NCBI GenBank assembly: GCA_963718915.1
Contig: CAVRAI010000003.1
Span: 390,001 to 422,000, forward strand
DNA: 32,000 nt
DNA from: an uncultured Chloroflexia bacterium
Lineage (GTDB): Bacteria > Chloroflexota > Ktedonobacteria > Ktedonobacterales > JADMIN01
Direction of reading: 5' to 3'
In this document: piece after piece, positions 17,600-24,670 of the stretch
Layout: every line of letters begins with the position of its first letter
Numbering within the stretch: the stretch's first letter is position 1
Made by a program: the position numbers and the translations under genes
Notes under the pieces: generated by a model
Told to the model about the DNA's origin: nothing
The model's input: only the letters and a program-made list of their open reading frames with translations
Databases searched by the model: none

Positions 17600-18502
17600 A
17601 TGAACCCACAGGACCCATCCGGCCAACCCATCCTACGCGAAGGCTATGCGCCAGTGGAAGGCGCATCGCTCTATTATCGCGACATCGGCCAGGGGCAGCC
17701 GATCATCATTCTCCATGGTGGACCCAGCTTCGGCCACAATTATCTTCTCCCCGACATGGATCGCCTGGCTGATGCGTTCCGCCTCATCTACTACGATCAA
17801 CGGGGGCGCGGCAAGTCTGCTGGCAAAGTCCAGCCCGATGAGGTCAGCATTCAGTCGGAGATGAATGATCTGGAGGCCGTGTACGCTTATTTCCAGCTGG
17901 AACGCGCCGCGCTCCTGGGGCATTCCTGGGGCGGACTCCTGGCGCTGGAATTCGCTTTGCGCCACCCGGAGCGTGTCTCGCATCTGATTCTGCTGAATAC
18001 CGCACCCGCATCTTACGATGACTGTGTGCTCTTCGTGAGCGAGCGCGATGCCAATGCTCCTGAAGATAAGGAGTTGCTGCGCGACCTGGAAGCCCGCCCC
18101 GAGTTCGTGGCTGGCGATCCCGAGGCCAGGGCCGCGTACGACCGCTTCTATTTCCGGGCGACTCTGCGCTCGCCAGAACTGCTCGATCGGCTGATCGAGC
18201 ACTTGCAGACGGGCTGGACGCGGGAGGGCATCCTCACAGCGGGAGCCGTAGGAGACCGGCTCTGGAACGAGACGTACGAGTCGGCTGGGTACGATCTGCT
18301 GCCCAGGCTTACACAGATGCGCATCCCGACGTTGATTCTACATGGCGACTATGATTTCGTCCCTGTCGCATGCGCAGCCCATATCGCTGAGGCGATTCCC
18401 GGAGCGCGCCTCCTCGTATTGCCCAACTGCGGGCATTTCTCGTATCTCGAGCATCTTGATGAGATCCGCAAAACACTCAGCGAGTTCTTCTCGAAGAACT
18501 AA
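17600..18502 (+). CDS. Alpha/beta hydrolase, proline iminopeptidase-like
   Basis: Shows HGGPS, YDQRGRGKS, the nucleophile elbow GHSWGG, and a C-terminal GH (PNCGHF). The ATG at 17600 follows GAAAGGGAG. Confidence 0.8.
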   Translation: MNPQDPSGQPILREGYAPVEGASLYYRDIGQGQPIIILHGGPSFGHNYLLPDMDRLADAFRLIYYDQRGRGKSAGKVQPDEVSIQSEMNDLEAVYAYFQLERAALLGHSWGGLLALEFALRHPERVSHLILLNTAPASYDDCVLFVSERDANAPEDKELLRDLEARPEFVAGDPEARAAYDRFYFRATLRSPELLDRLIEHLQTGWTREGILTAGAVGDRLWNETYESAGYDLLPRLTQMRIPTLILHGDYDFVPVACAAHIAEAIPGARLLVLPNCGHFSYLEHLDEIRKTLSEFFSKN

Positions 18503-18556
18503 GCAGCCGCTTGATGGGAGGCTGTCCGATTATCAGTTTCCCCGTCGCGCCGCGAA

Positions 18557-18586
18557 TTATCCACATTGTCCACAATTCTATCCACA
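18557..18586 (+). promoter_or_regulatory. Cluster of three head-to-tail DnaA boxes
   Basis: TTATCCACA (18557-18565, perfect consensus), TTGTCCACA (18566-18574) and cTATCCACA (18578-18586) share one orientation. They lie in the 102-bp spacer between convergent genes. Confidence 0.6.
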
Positions 18587-18604
18587 AAAATACGCAGTGG
18601 GTGG

Positions 18605-19138
18605 CTAGATGGGGTGGCTGGTGAACGTGCTGCGGCGGGAGATGAGCCAGCCATTATCCGGCTCGTGCTCTAAAATCACCGTCGTGACGCTGGAGATCGT
18701 CGGGCTGCGGCGGCGCACGACAAACTGATAGGTTCCGCTCTCGTCGCTCAGCTCCAGCGAGCTCCAGCTGCAATCATTCACCGTGCCCTGCTGCTGGTCG
18801 AGTCCCTGAAGCTGTGTCTGAAACAGATGCGTGTCGAAGGTTCCGCTGGCCGAAGGAGGGACGGGCGCTGGATCGACCAGCTCGACGAGCGCGGCATACT
18901 GCTGATGCTGCAACATCGTGCATATTTCGGTAGCGGTATCCGACCGTATCTGCCGCGAGACGATCCGGCCCAACTGAAACGTGGCAAGTCCGGCGACCGT
19001 GCCCAGCAGCAACAGGAATGTCGCCAGTAACAGCGCCACGCGAAATTTGATCAGAACTGCCATAATGCCCATCTGCCGCCGCCTCTCGCTCCTTGCCTCC
19101 CGCCGCCTCACTGGGTCGCCGCTGGCCATCGTCCTCAC
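18605..19138 (-). CDS. Hypothetical single-pass membrane protein
   Basis: 177-aa ORF with a basic N-terminus, one TM helix (VALLLATFLLLLGTVAGLATF) and an extracytoplasmic domain. No family recognised. The start is uncertain. Confidence 0.5.
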   Translation of the reverse strand: MRTMASGDPVRRREARSERRRQMGIMAVLIKFRVALLLATFLLLLGTVAGLATFQLGRIVSRQIRSDTATEICTMLQHQQYAALVELVDPAPVPPSASGTFDTHLFQTQLQGLDQQQGTVNDCSWSSLELSDESGTYQFVVRRRSPTISSVTTVILEHEPDNGWLISRRSTFTSHPI

Positions 19139-19419
19139 CTTGCCTTGCGGGGAGTCTATCAGCGCGCCATGGCCATCGTCAACTGCTTACCTTTGAGACG
19201 GTTCAACTGAACATTCGGGCTATGCAGAAAGTTTGCCAGGGGCTTCGAGGAACCAAAATGGGCCAATTGGGAGACAATTGACGCGATGGACGGTCACTTT
19301 GTGTGGCTTTTTCGCGGGATAGGCCGTCTGGTTAACAAGATACGCAATCATATGGCCGCACTCATCATCACGCTACAATTGCCCGTTTGCTTCTCTCCCC
19401 AACCTCATGAAGCAGGCGG

Positions 19420-19449
19420 TTGACAAGAACTCTTGTTCTAAGGTAGACT
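19420..19449 (+). promoter_or_regulatory. Candidate promoter with an overlapping palindrome
   Basis: TTGACA(19420-19425)-18 nt-TAGACT(19444-19449). The inverted repeat ACAAGAacTCTTGT (19423-19436) overlaps the -35 and spacer. Confidence 0.35.
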
Positions 19450-19831
19450 TTCCGCAGACGGTTCGCGGTCGCTTCGTGGTAACCCATAGTCCGCGTGCTC
19501 TGTTCGGAGAGATGTTCCTGGGGACGGAGTCTGCCAGGGGTGGCGTCGTTTCGCGGCATCGCCACAAAGCGGTATCGCCTGGATGGTAGAGCGGCAAACA
19601 TTCATCATTCTCACCTGCGTGGGGAGGTCATACAGCATGCGAGACGTCAGATCCGATACGCCAGCCCATCGCCTGACATCGTCCTATGTCGGCGTTCGGC
19701 ACACGGCCCCGCGACAGACCAGCCAGACCTGGAGCTATCAATCGCCTACCGCTCCATCTACTTCATCGGTCTCATCCGCTACGGCGATGCCAACGAGCGC
19801 GACAAGCTCTGGTCGCTGGCGCACACCTGGG

Positions 19832-20791
19832 ATGGCAATCGCCAACCCGGCGCCGCTCACATCGCTGCCGGTGAGTCCATTTGCCGCGCCCGGCCTCGAT
19901 GCGCGGCCAGACCCGCAGGTATGGCTCATTTCGACCGTTACCGCAGCGGGTGGCATGCGTCCGCTCGAAGGCGCCGGTCGCGTTGGCGCGATTCCCGTGG
20001 GGCGCCCCTATGGCTTTCTGCGGGCGATCCGGCCCGTGATGCCGCCGGGCGCGCTGGGCAACAGCTTCGATGCCGCCGCCGAGAGTGGCGGGCTGGCGAC
20101 GCGCGCGCGCCGTGGCCGCTCCATCCATAAGGGGCTGGGATCGGCTGAAGCGTGCCCGCCAGGAAATCTACCCGCGCCACGCCCCATGCCACAGATCATC
20201 TCGGCGGTGGAGGTCGAGACCGATGTTGGCATTTTTCGGGTCGAGCGGCCCAACGACGTGCTGACGCACAGCGATATTGCCTGGTCACTGGCGCATCTGG
20301 AGGCGGGCGAGCCTGATAGCCTCGTGCCGCTGCCTCGCCGCCAGCTTGCCCTCCTGCTGACGCTGCTGCCGACGCCCGAAGACCCAGCGCACCCTGAGCT
20401 TGACCCCACCTGGGGCTGGGCGCATCGCTTGCGCGGCCCATGGGAGCGCGGTCCGCTTCATCCGCGCGGGCGGCTGGGTCGGCTAATTGCCATCGACCCT
20501 GATCCCGGCGGCAAAGGGATGCATCGCGCCTGCTTCGAGCTGCTTGGCGCCGAGGATGTCGTCTGGGCGCTTGGTGTCCCCTGCTTCCGCACCGGTAGCG
20601 TCTATGAGCTGACGCCGCTGGGCAAGAGCAGCCGCTGGCTCTCCTGGCCGATCAGCAAAGCGCGCAGCCGTGCCGGTAGCCCGGAGCGCCCCGCCTGGGA
20701 GATCGCCCGCGTCGTCTACCGTGTCGGGTCGCCGCGCTGGCCGCTCGCCGGAGTCGTCGAGCCGCTCGGGCCGATGGGCATCGCTGGCTAA
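19832..20791 (+). CDS. Hypothetical protein (no recognisable domain)
   Basis: The long ORF 19583..20791 shows good GC3 codon bias only from about the ATG at 19832 onward. The upstream part looks non-coding. Confidence 0.5.
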   Translation: MAIANPAPLTSLPVSPFAAPGLDARPDPQVWLISTVTAAGGMRPLEGAGRVGAIPVGRPYGFLRAIRPVMPPGALGNSFDAAAESGGLATRARRGRSIHKGLGSAEACPPGNLPAPRPMPQIISAVEVETDVGIFRVERPNDVLTHSDIAWSLAHLEAGEPDSLVPLPRRQLALLLTLLPTPEDPAHPELDPTWGWAHRLRGPWERGPLHPRGRLGRLIAIDPDPGGKGMHRACFELLGAEDVVWALGVPCFRTGSVYELTPLGKSSRWLSWPISKARSRAGSPERPAWEIARVVYRVGSPRWPLAGVVEPLGPMGIAG

Positions 20792-20856
20792 TGCCAGGTT
20801 GAAGCAGGTTATTGCCCTTGGGGCGCGCCGGAGCCTGCCAGCGAATTTCCCTACCC

Positions 20857-20893
20857 ATTCGCCGTAGCGTTCACGCTACGGCTTGCTCACCTC
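20857..20893. repeat. REP-like palindromic intergenic repeat, family B, copy 2
   Basis: ATTCGCCGTAGCGTTCACGCTACGGCTTGCTCACCTC has the same 8-bp stem as copy 1 (8778-8810), with loop TTCA instead of TTGA. Confidence 0.7.
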
Positions 20894-21007
20894 ACCGCAA
20901 TGCCCGTCTCCGTCGCACATGCTAAAACCACATTATGCTAATGAACCAGTCGCCCGCTGGAGTATTCCCAGGGAGGACGGCTGGCGTGTGGTATGTTGGC
21001 GCTGGGA

Positions 21008-22288
21008 TTACCGCGTCAGGCCCATCCGGCGCTGCTTGAGCCTGCGGTTCAGGATTAGCGCCGATGTCGCCCAGATAGCGATGTCAATCGGTACCAGGCA
21101 GACCAGCCCGATGAATGCCGTATGGGCGGCTATCGTCCAGAATATCACTGCCCAGACCAGCCCGCCGACCAGCAGCAGGATGCCGGGTACCGTGTATCCC
21201 GCGATCAGCCAGCCAATCCCATAGAAGCCGAAGATGCCGCAGATAATCTCAACGATCACGGGCGTCGATGAATCGGCCTGCTGCGGCGCCGCGACAGCCG
21301 ACTGATAGTAGCCCTGTGGCTGGGACATCGGCGACGGCGCGTAGATAGGCGCGGGCGGCGGTGATGGCTGCGCGTAGGCTGGCGGCTGTGGCTCGGGTGG
21401 ATAGGTTGCGCGCATGTCGACGACGGGCGGCGCATAGGCCGGTGGCGCGGGTGGTGGCGGCGGTGGCGGCGTATCCGTGGGCGGCTCGGCAGCCATTGGC
21501 GGCGCTGGCGTATAGGCTGGGGCAGCTTCAACCACCGGCGGTATATAGGTTGGTGGCTCATCCTGAACAGGAGCGGTATCCACGGGCGCGGGTTCGGTCG
21601 GCGCCGTTTCGACAGGGGTGTCGTCGGCTGAGGCGACAGGGGTAGCGGGCTGTTCCTCTGCTGGCGGAGAGGCTGCGCCCGCGTCGGCTATCGGCACATA
21701 GGCGGCGGCTGTTTCCACGGGCGGCACGTAACTTGGGGGCGTATCAACTGGCGCGACGTCAGCGGGTGTGTCGGATATGTCTGCCGCCGCGTTCTCGGTT
21801 GGCGCGCTCTCGACGGACGCCGCGACATCAGCGACATCAGCGACATCAGCGACATCAGCGACATCAGCGACATCAGCGACATCAGCGACAGTATCAGCGA
21901 CATCGACGACATCAGCGACATCAGCGACATCAGCGACATCAGCGACATCAGCGACATCGACGGTAGAATCTGACGCCATTTCAACGACGGTGGCAGGCAT
22001 CGCAGCGGCGGATGTATCCGCGAGCGCGCTCTCTACAGGCGCCATTTCAGAAATTGTATCGTCGTTTCCCGCGTTGGTGTCTGGAATAGCGTCGCTTGCC
22101 GCTGCTGTCCAGGGGTCAGCCACGGGCGGCTCCGGTTCTGGCTCCGGTTCTGCTTCCGCTTCTGGCTCCGCTAGTGGGGTGTCTGCCACCGCGCTTTCCT
22201 CGGATGGAGCATCTGGCGTATCAACCGGCGAGGAGGTAGCGGCGTCCGCCTCCGTGGCGTCCTCTCCGCTGTCGGGGGCGCTGTCCAC
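21008..22288 (-). CDS. Acidic low-complexity (Ala/Asp/Pro/Thr/Val) protein with a C-terminal 3-TM anchor; possibly the 3' part of a frameshifted larger gene
   Basis: The C-terminus has clear TM helices (IICGIFGFYGIGWLIAGYTVPGILLLVGGLVWAVIFW...). The N-terminal ~340 aa are acidic and Pro-rich and include (VAD)n. The annotated start is a GTG without an SD. Confidence 0.55.
   Translation of the reverse strand: MDSAPDSGEDATEADAATSSPVDTPDAPSEESAVADTPLAEPEAEAEPEPEPEPPVADPWTAAASDAIPDTNAGNDDTISEMAPVESALADTSAAAMPATVVEMASDSTVDVADVADVADVADVADVVDVADTVADVADVADVADVADVADVADVAASVESAPTENAAADISDTPADVAPVDTPPSYVPPVETAAAYVPIADAGAASPPAEEQPATPVASADDTPVETAPTEPAPVDTAPVQDEPPTYIPPVVEAAPAYTPAPPMAAEPPTDTPPPPPPPAPPAYAPPVVDMRATYPPEPQPPAYAQPSPPPAPIYAPSPMSQPQGYYQSAVAAPQQADSSTPVIVEIICGIFGFYGIGWLIAGYTVPGILLLVGGLVWAVIFWTIAAHTAFIGLVCLVPIDIAIWATSALILNRRLKQRRMGLTR
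21822..21959 (-). repeat. 9-bp in-frame tandem repeat array (plus-strand unit GCGACATCA; minus strand GCTGATGTC = Ala-Asp-Val)
   Basis: Seven perfect units, a short degenerate stretch (gcgacagta tcagcgacatcgac), then five more units. Confidence 0.9.
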
Positions 22289-22923
22289 GGGAGCGCCATC
22301 GTCGGTGTCGTGTCCGCTGCGGTGTCCGCTGCGAAGGTGGCGACGGCAGCCGACTCATACGGCGGGAATGTCGGGGCGGCATACACCTCGGCTGGCGCTG
22401 GGGCGTCGGGCGCGCTCTCCGTCTCTGCGGGCTGATCGCTGGCGGGCGTCTCGTCTGTGGTGTCCGTCAGAGGTGAGACGGCCGCTACGGGTGGATCGTA
22501 GACCGGAATGGTCGGTATCTCGTAGTCATCGTCAGGTGTCGTCGTCGCGCCTGCATCACCCGGCGCGCTGAACGATGTATCGCCGCTTATCGGCGCGTTG
22601 TCCGCTGCGTCGTCAGGTGTGGCTGGCGCTTCCGCTACAGGTTCAGGGGCGGCGTCGCTGTCAGCATCAACCGTGGAAGCAGGCGCGTCGTTAGCAGTGT
22701 CATCAGCAGCGTCGTCGGCGGCGTCGCTGGCTGTTCCGCCGGCCTCAGGCGCCGGGGTCCAGGCATCGGCAATCGGTTCAGTCGCCAAAGATGGCTCGCT
22801 GTCCGTCGTTGCCGTCTCTTCACTCGTCTGAGCAGCCACGTCATCTGGTGTGGCCTGGTCGCTCGCGGGCGTGGTAGCATCGGTGGTAGCATCATCAGGC
22901 GGTATGTGGTTCTGATCGTCCAT
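22171..22923 (-). CDS. Acidic low-complexity protein; probably the 5' part of the same gene as 21008..22288
   Basis: Good SD (AAGGAG 8 nt before the ATG at 22923). The composition matches the downstream ORF. The last ~40 codons turn basic, which suggests out-of-frame reading, and the ORF overlaps the next one by 118 nt. Confidence 0.5.
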   Translation of the reverse strand: MDDQNHIPPDDATTDATTPASDQATPDDVAAQTSEETATTDSEPSLATEPIADAWTPAPEAGGTASDAADDAADDTANDAPASTVDADSDAAPEPVAEAPATPDDAADNAPISGDTSFSAPGDAGATTTPDDDYEIPTIPVYDPPVAAVSPLTDTTDETPASDQPAETESAPDAPAPAEVYAAPTFPPYESAAVATFAADTAADTTPTMALPWTAPPTAERTPRRRTPLPPRRLIRQMLHPRKARWQTPH

Positions 22924-23159
22924 TAATGGGACTCCTTCTGGGTGTGAGATGAGAGGGAGCAGACCGGATAGATGGATGAACGATGAAAGATGGACGCCCC
23001 CGCTTTTCTGAAAATGTGCCCGGCACAGCGCCCGTACTTTCCGCGGGCATCAGTGTAAAACTGCCAGGCGGCCTACATTGTAGCATAGTATCCTTTGGGA
23101 TGGACAAATTTGCCCAACCTACTCGGTTCGCCTTGCGGGCAGGCTGACCACAACAGCCA

Positions 23160-24416
23160 CTACTTCCTAACCTCGTGGCGTGGAAGCTGCTTGCTCCTGT
23201 CCTGACGCCGGTCCGGCAGTCGCAAGGAAATGGGGCGGAGTTGGAACGCGCTCACGCCCTGGGCTACGACGTGGGGCGCATAGCGCCGTAGAATGTTGTA
23301 ACTTGCATTCACGTCAGCATGGAGCGTTTGGCCGGTACTTGTTATAAACAAGCCTCGCTTGATGCGTTTGCCCAGGTAGTGAGCATGATGCTGGAGAGGT
23401 TCTCCGTCAAGGAAACTACACTTGGAGGTGTGGCTCTCCGCGATGGTCACCACCTGGATGCCCACCAACGCTGCCTTGTAGGTCAACATTTCGATGAAGC
23501 GGGCGTGCGGAATGAAGACAAACGCCTGATTATTGTGTTTGCCCAGGTTCACCTCTTGCTTCCAGCCGACATTCTGACCAATCACCAGCGTGCCAATCCC
23601 CTCACGAACCAGCAGATTGATGATGGCGCGACTGGCAGTATGCAGATACGACTGGATACGGCGGTGACGAACATCTGTCATCTCCTCCAAGGCACGGGAG
23701 GTAAACTGCTCCTTTGGCAACCGCGCTTGTGCCTTGGCTCGTCGCTTATGATAGGATTGGTTACAACTCTTGAGCGGGCGACCGTTAACAAGAAGCGGCG
23801 TGAAGCCAGGCTTGTTTGAAGTTATCGCGGCCAAGACGTTGACACCAATATCTACGCTGGCGATGAGCGTCGGATCAACCGCTTGTGGCTCAGGTTCCCG
23901 CTCGTAGATGACTTCGACCATGTAATGGGTGGCTTTCGGCACGAGACGCACCTGCGCCATTGCGGCATGAGTGTGCTTGGTAGCGACGCGGATCGCGACG
24001 CCAGAGGGTACGACCCAGCCGACGTTCTTCAGGTCACGACTGATGGCTTGGCTGGTGTAGACCAGAAGATTGCGACCGTGTTTGGGCAGGTACTTGGGCA
24101 GTTTGGGATGCCCTTTGAACTTTTCGGGGTGTGCTTGCCATTCAGCGACTGCGGCGAAGTAGCTATCCCAGGCGGTGCACACTTGTTTCAGCACCCACTG
24201 GGCGACTTTGGCGGGTAATCCCCGATACTCTACCGTGGACTGCATCTGTTTGTCCAAGTCGGCATAGCGAATGACCCGCTGGTTCTCATGGATGTAGGCC
24301 TGGCGCTTGATATAGAGGGCGGCATTGTAGAGATGTTTACTCGCAAACGTCACCTGGTCAATCGCGCCGAAGCGCGGATCGTGGTGGTCAATGCGATGCT
24401 GTTCTACTAGTTGCAT
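23160..24416 (-). CDS. tnpB: TnpB (IS605 OrfB-family RNA-guided endonuclease)
   Basis: The N-terminus is typical of this clade (MQLVEQHRIDHHDPRF...LYNAALY). A RuvC-I-like motif (IASVDIGVN) is present. The C-terminus reads ESHTSKCSFLDGEPL...GLFITSTGQTLHADVNASYNILRR. The ATG at 24416 follows GAGGAAG, while the track start at 24443 is a TTG. Confidence 0.85.
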   Translation of the reverse strand: MQLVEQHRIDHHDPRFGAIDQVTFASKHLYNAALYIKRQAYIHENQRVIRYADLDKQMQSTVEYRGLPAKVAQWVLKQVCTAWDSYFAAVAEWQAHPEKFKGHPKLPKYLPKHGRNLLVYTSQAISRDLKNVGWVVPSGVAIRVATKHTHAAMAQVRLVPKATHYMVEVIYEREPEPQAVDPTLIASVDIGVNVLAAITSNKPGFTPLLVNGRPLKSCNQSYHKRRAKAQARLPKEQFTSRALEEMTDVRHRRIQSYLHTASRAIINLLVREGIGTLVIGQNVGWKQEVNLGKHNNQAFVFIPHARFIEMLTYKAALVGIQVVTIAESHTSKCSFLDGEPLQHHAHYLGKRIKRGLFITSTGQTLHADVNASYNILRRYAPHVVAQGVSAFQLRPISLRLPDRRQDRSKQLPRHEVRK

Positions 24417-24502
24417 GAATCGCTTCCTCGCGTTTCTGGCCAAGAGACTAGCATTATTTCGATATATCTGTCAGCAGTTGGCTATATCTAACGATAGCGT
24501 TT

Positions 24503-24530
24503 ATTATACTCCACAACTTTGGCCTGTAGA
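24503..24530 (-). promoter_or_regulatory. Candidate promoter of tnpB
   Basis: On the minus strand, TCTACA(24525-24530)-16 nt-TATAAT(24503-24508, perfect -10). It lies ~87 nt upstream of the ATG. Confidence 0.4.
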
Positions 24531-24540
24531 CACATAACCC

Positions 24541-24612
24541 CTTGCGTTTGGCAACAGAGTTCGCTACCCTGCATGGTGACACCATCGTTGATACGATTGT
24601 TGACAACGCAAG
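24541..24612. repeat. Inverted repeat at the tnpB-proximal (left) end region
   Basis: CTTGCGTTTGGCAACA (24541-24556) pairs with TGTTGACAACGCAAG (24598-24612). The arms are near-perfect 15/16-nt sequences separated by ~41 nt. Confidence 0.6.
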
Positions 24613-24670
24613 TGAGAGTACAACCAGCGCGTGAGATAGGCATGAGAAGCGTGTCGTGAGGAGATGGAGT

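Larger units (their letters stand above)
23040..24640 (-). mobile_element. IS200/IS605-family (IS1341-like) tnpB-only element; ends approximate
   Basis: It contains a single TnpB ORF and no Y1 tnpA. GC content is lower than in the flanks. There are AT-rich 5' and 3' non-coding parts and a subterminal inverted repeat at 24541-24612. Boundaries are inferred from composition only. Confidence 0.45.

Noticed and set aside
18503-18604. Chromosomal origin (oriC) at the DnaA-box triplet.
   Set aside because: There are only three boxes, no adjacent AT-rich unwinding element, no dnaA/dnaN nearby, and the spacer is just 102 bp. I report it as a DnaA-box cluster, not as oriC.
19450-19831. A known riboswitch or T-box in the long leader.
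   Set aside because: I compared it by eye with consensus cores for TPP, cobalamin, glycine, ZTP, fluoride, guanidine-I/II and T-box, and none fits. It is left as an unexplained leader only.
21822-21959. Possible CRISPR array, suggested by the very regular short repeats.
   Set aside because: The unit is only 9 bp with no spacers. It is a plain in-frame tandem repeat inside a long ORF, and there are no cas genes.
21768-22571. Plus-strand ORF encoding (SAT)n, as the true coding strand of the repeat region.
   Set aside because: The minus strand gives two long ORFs with a good SD at 22923 and a convincing C-terminal 3-TM domain. The plus-strand ORF has no start context and ends in Arg-rich sequence.
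23160-24640. A complete IS605-type element with a tnpA (Y1 transposase).
   Set aside because: No ~130-150-aa HUH/Y1 ORF lies on either side of tnpB, and the flanking small ORFs (24454..24684-, 24488..24709-) have no transposase motifs.
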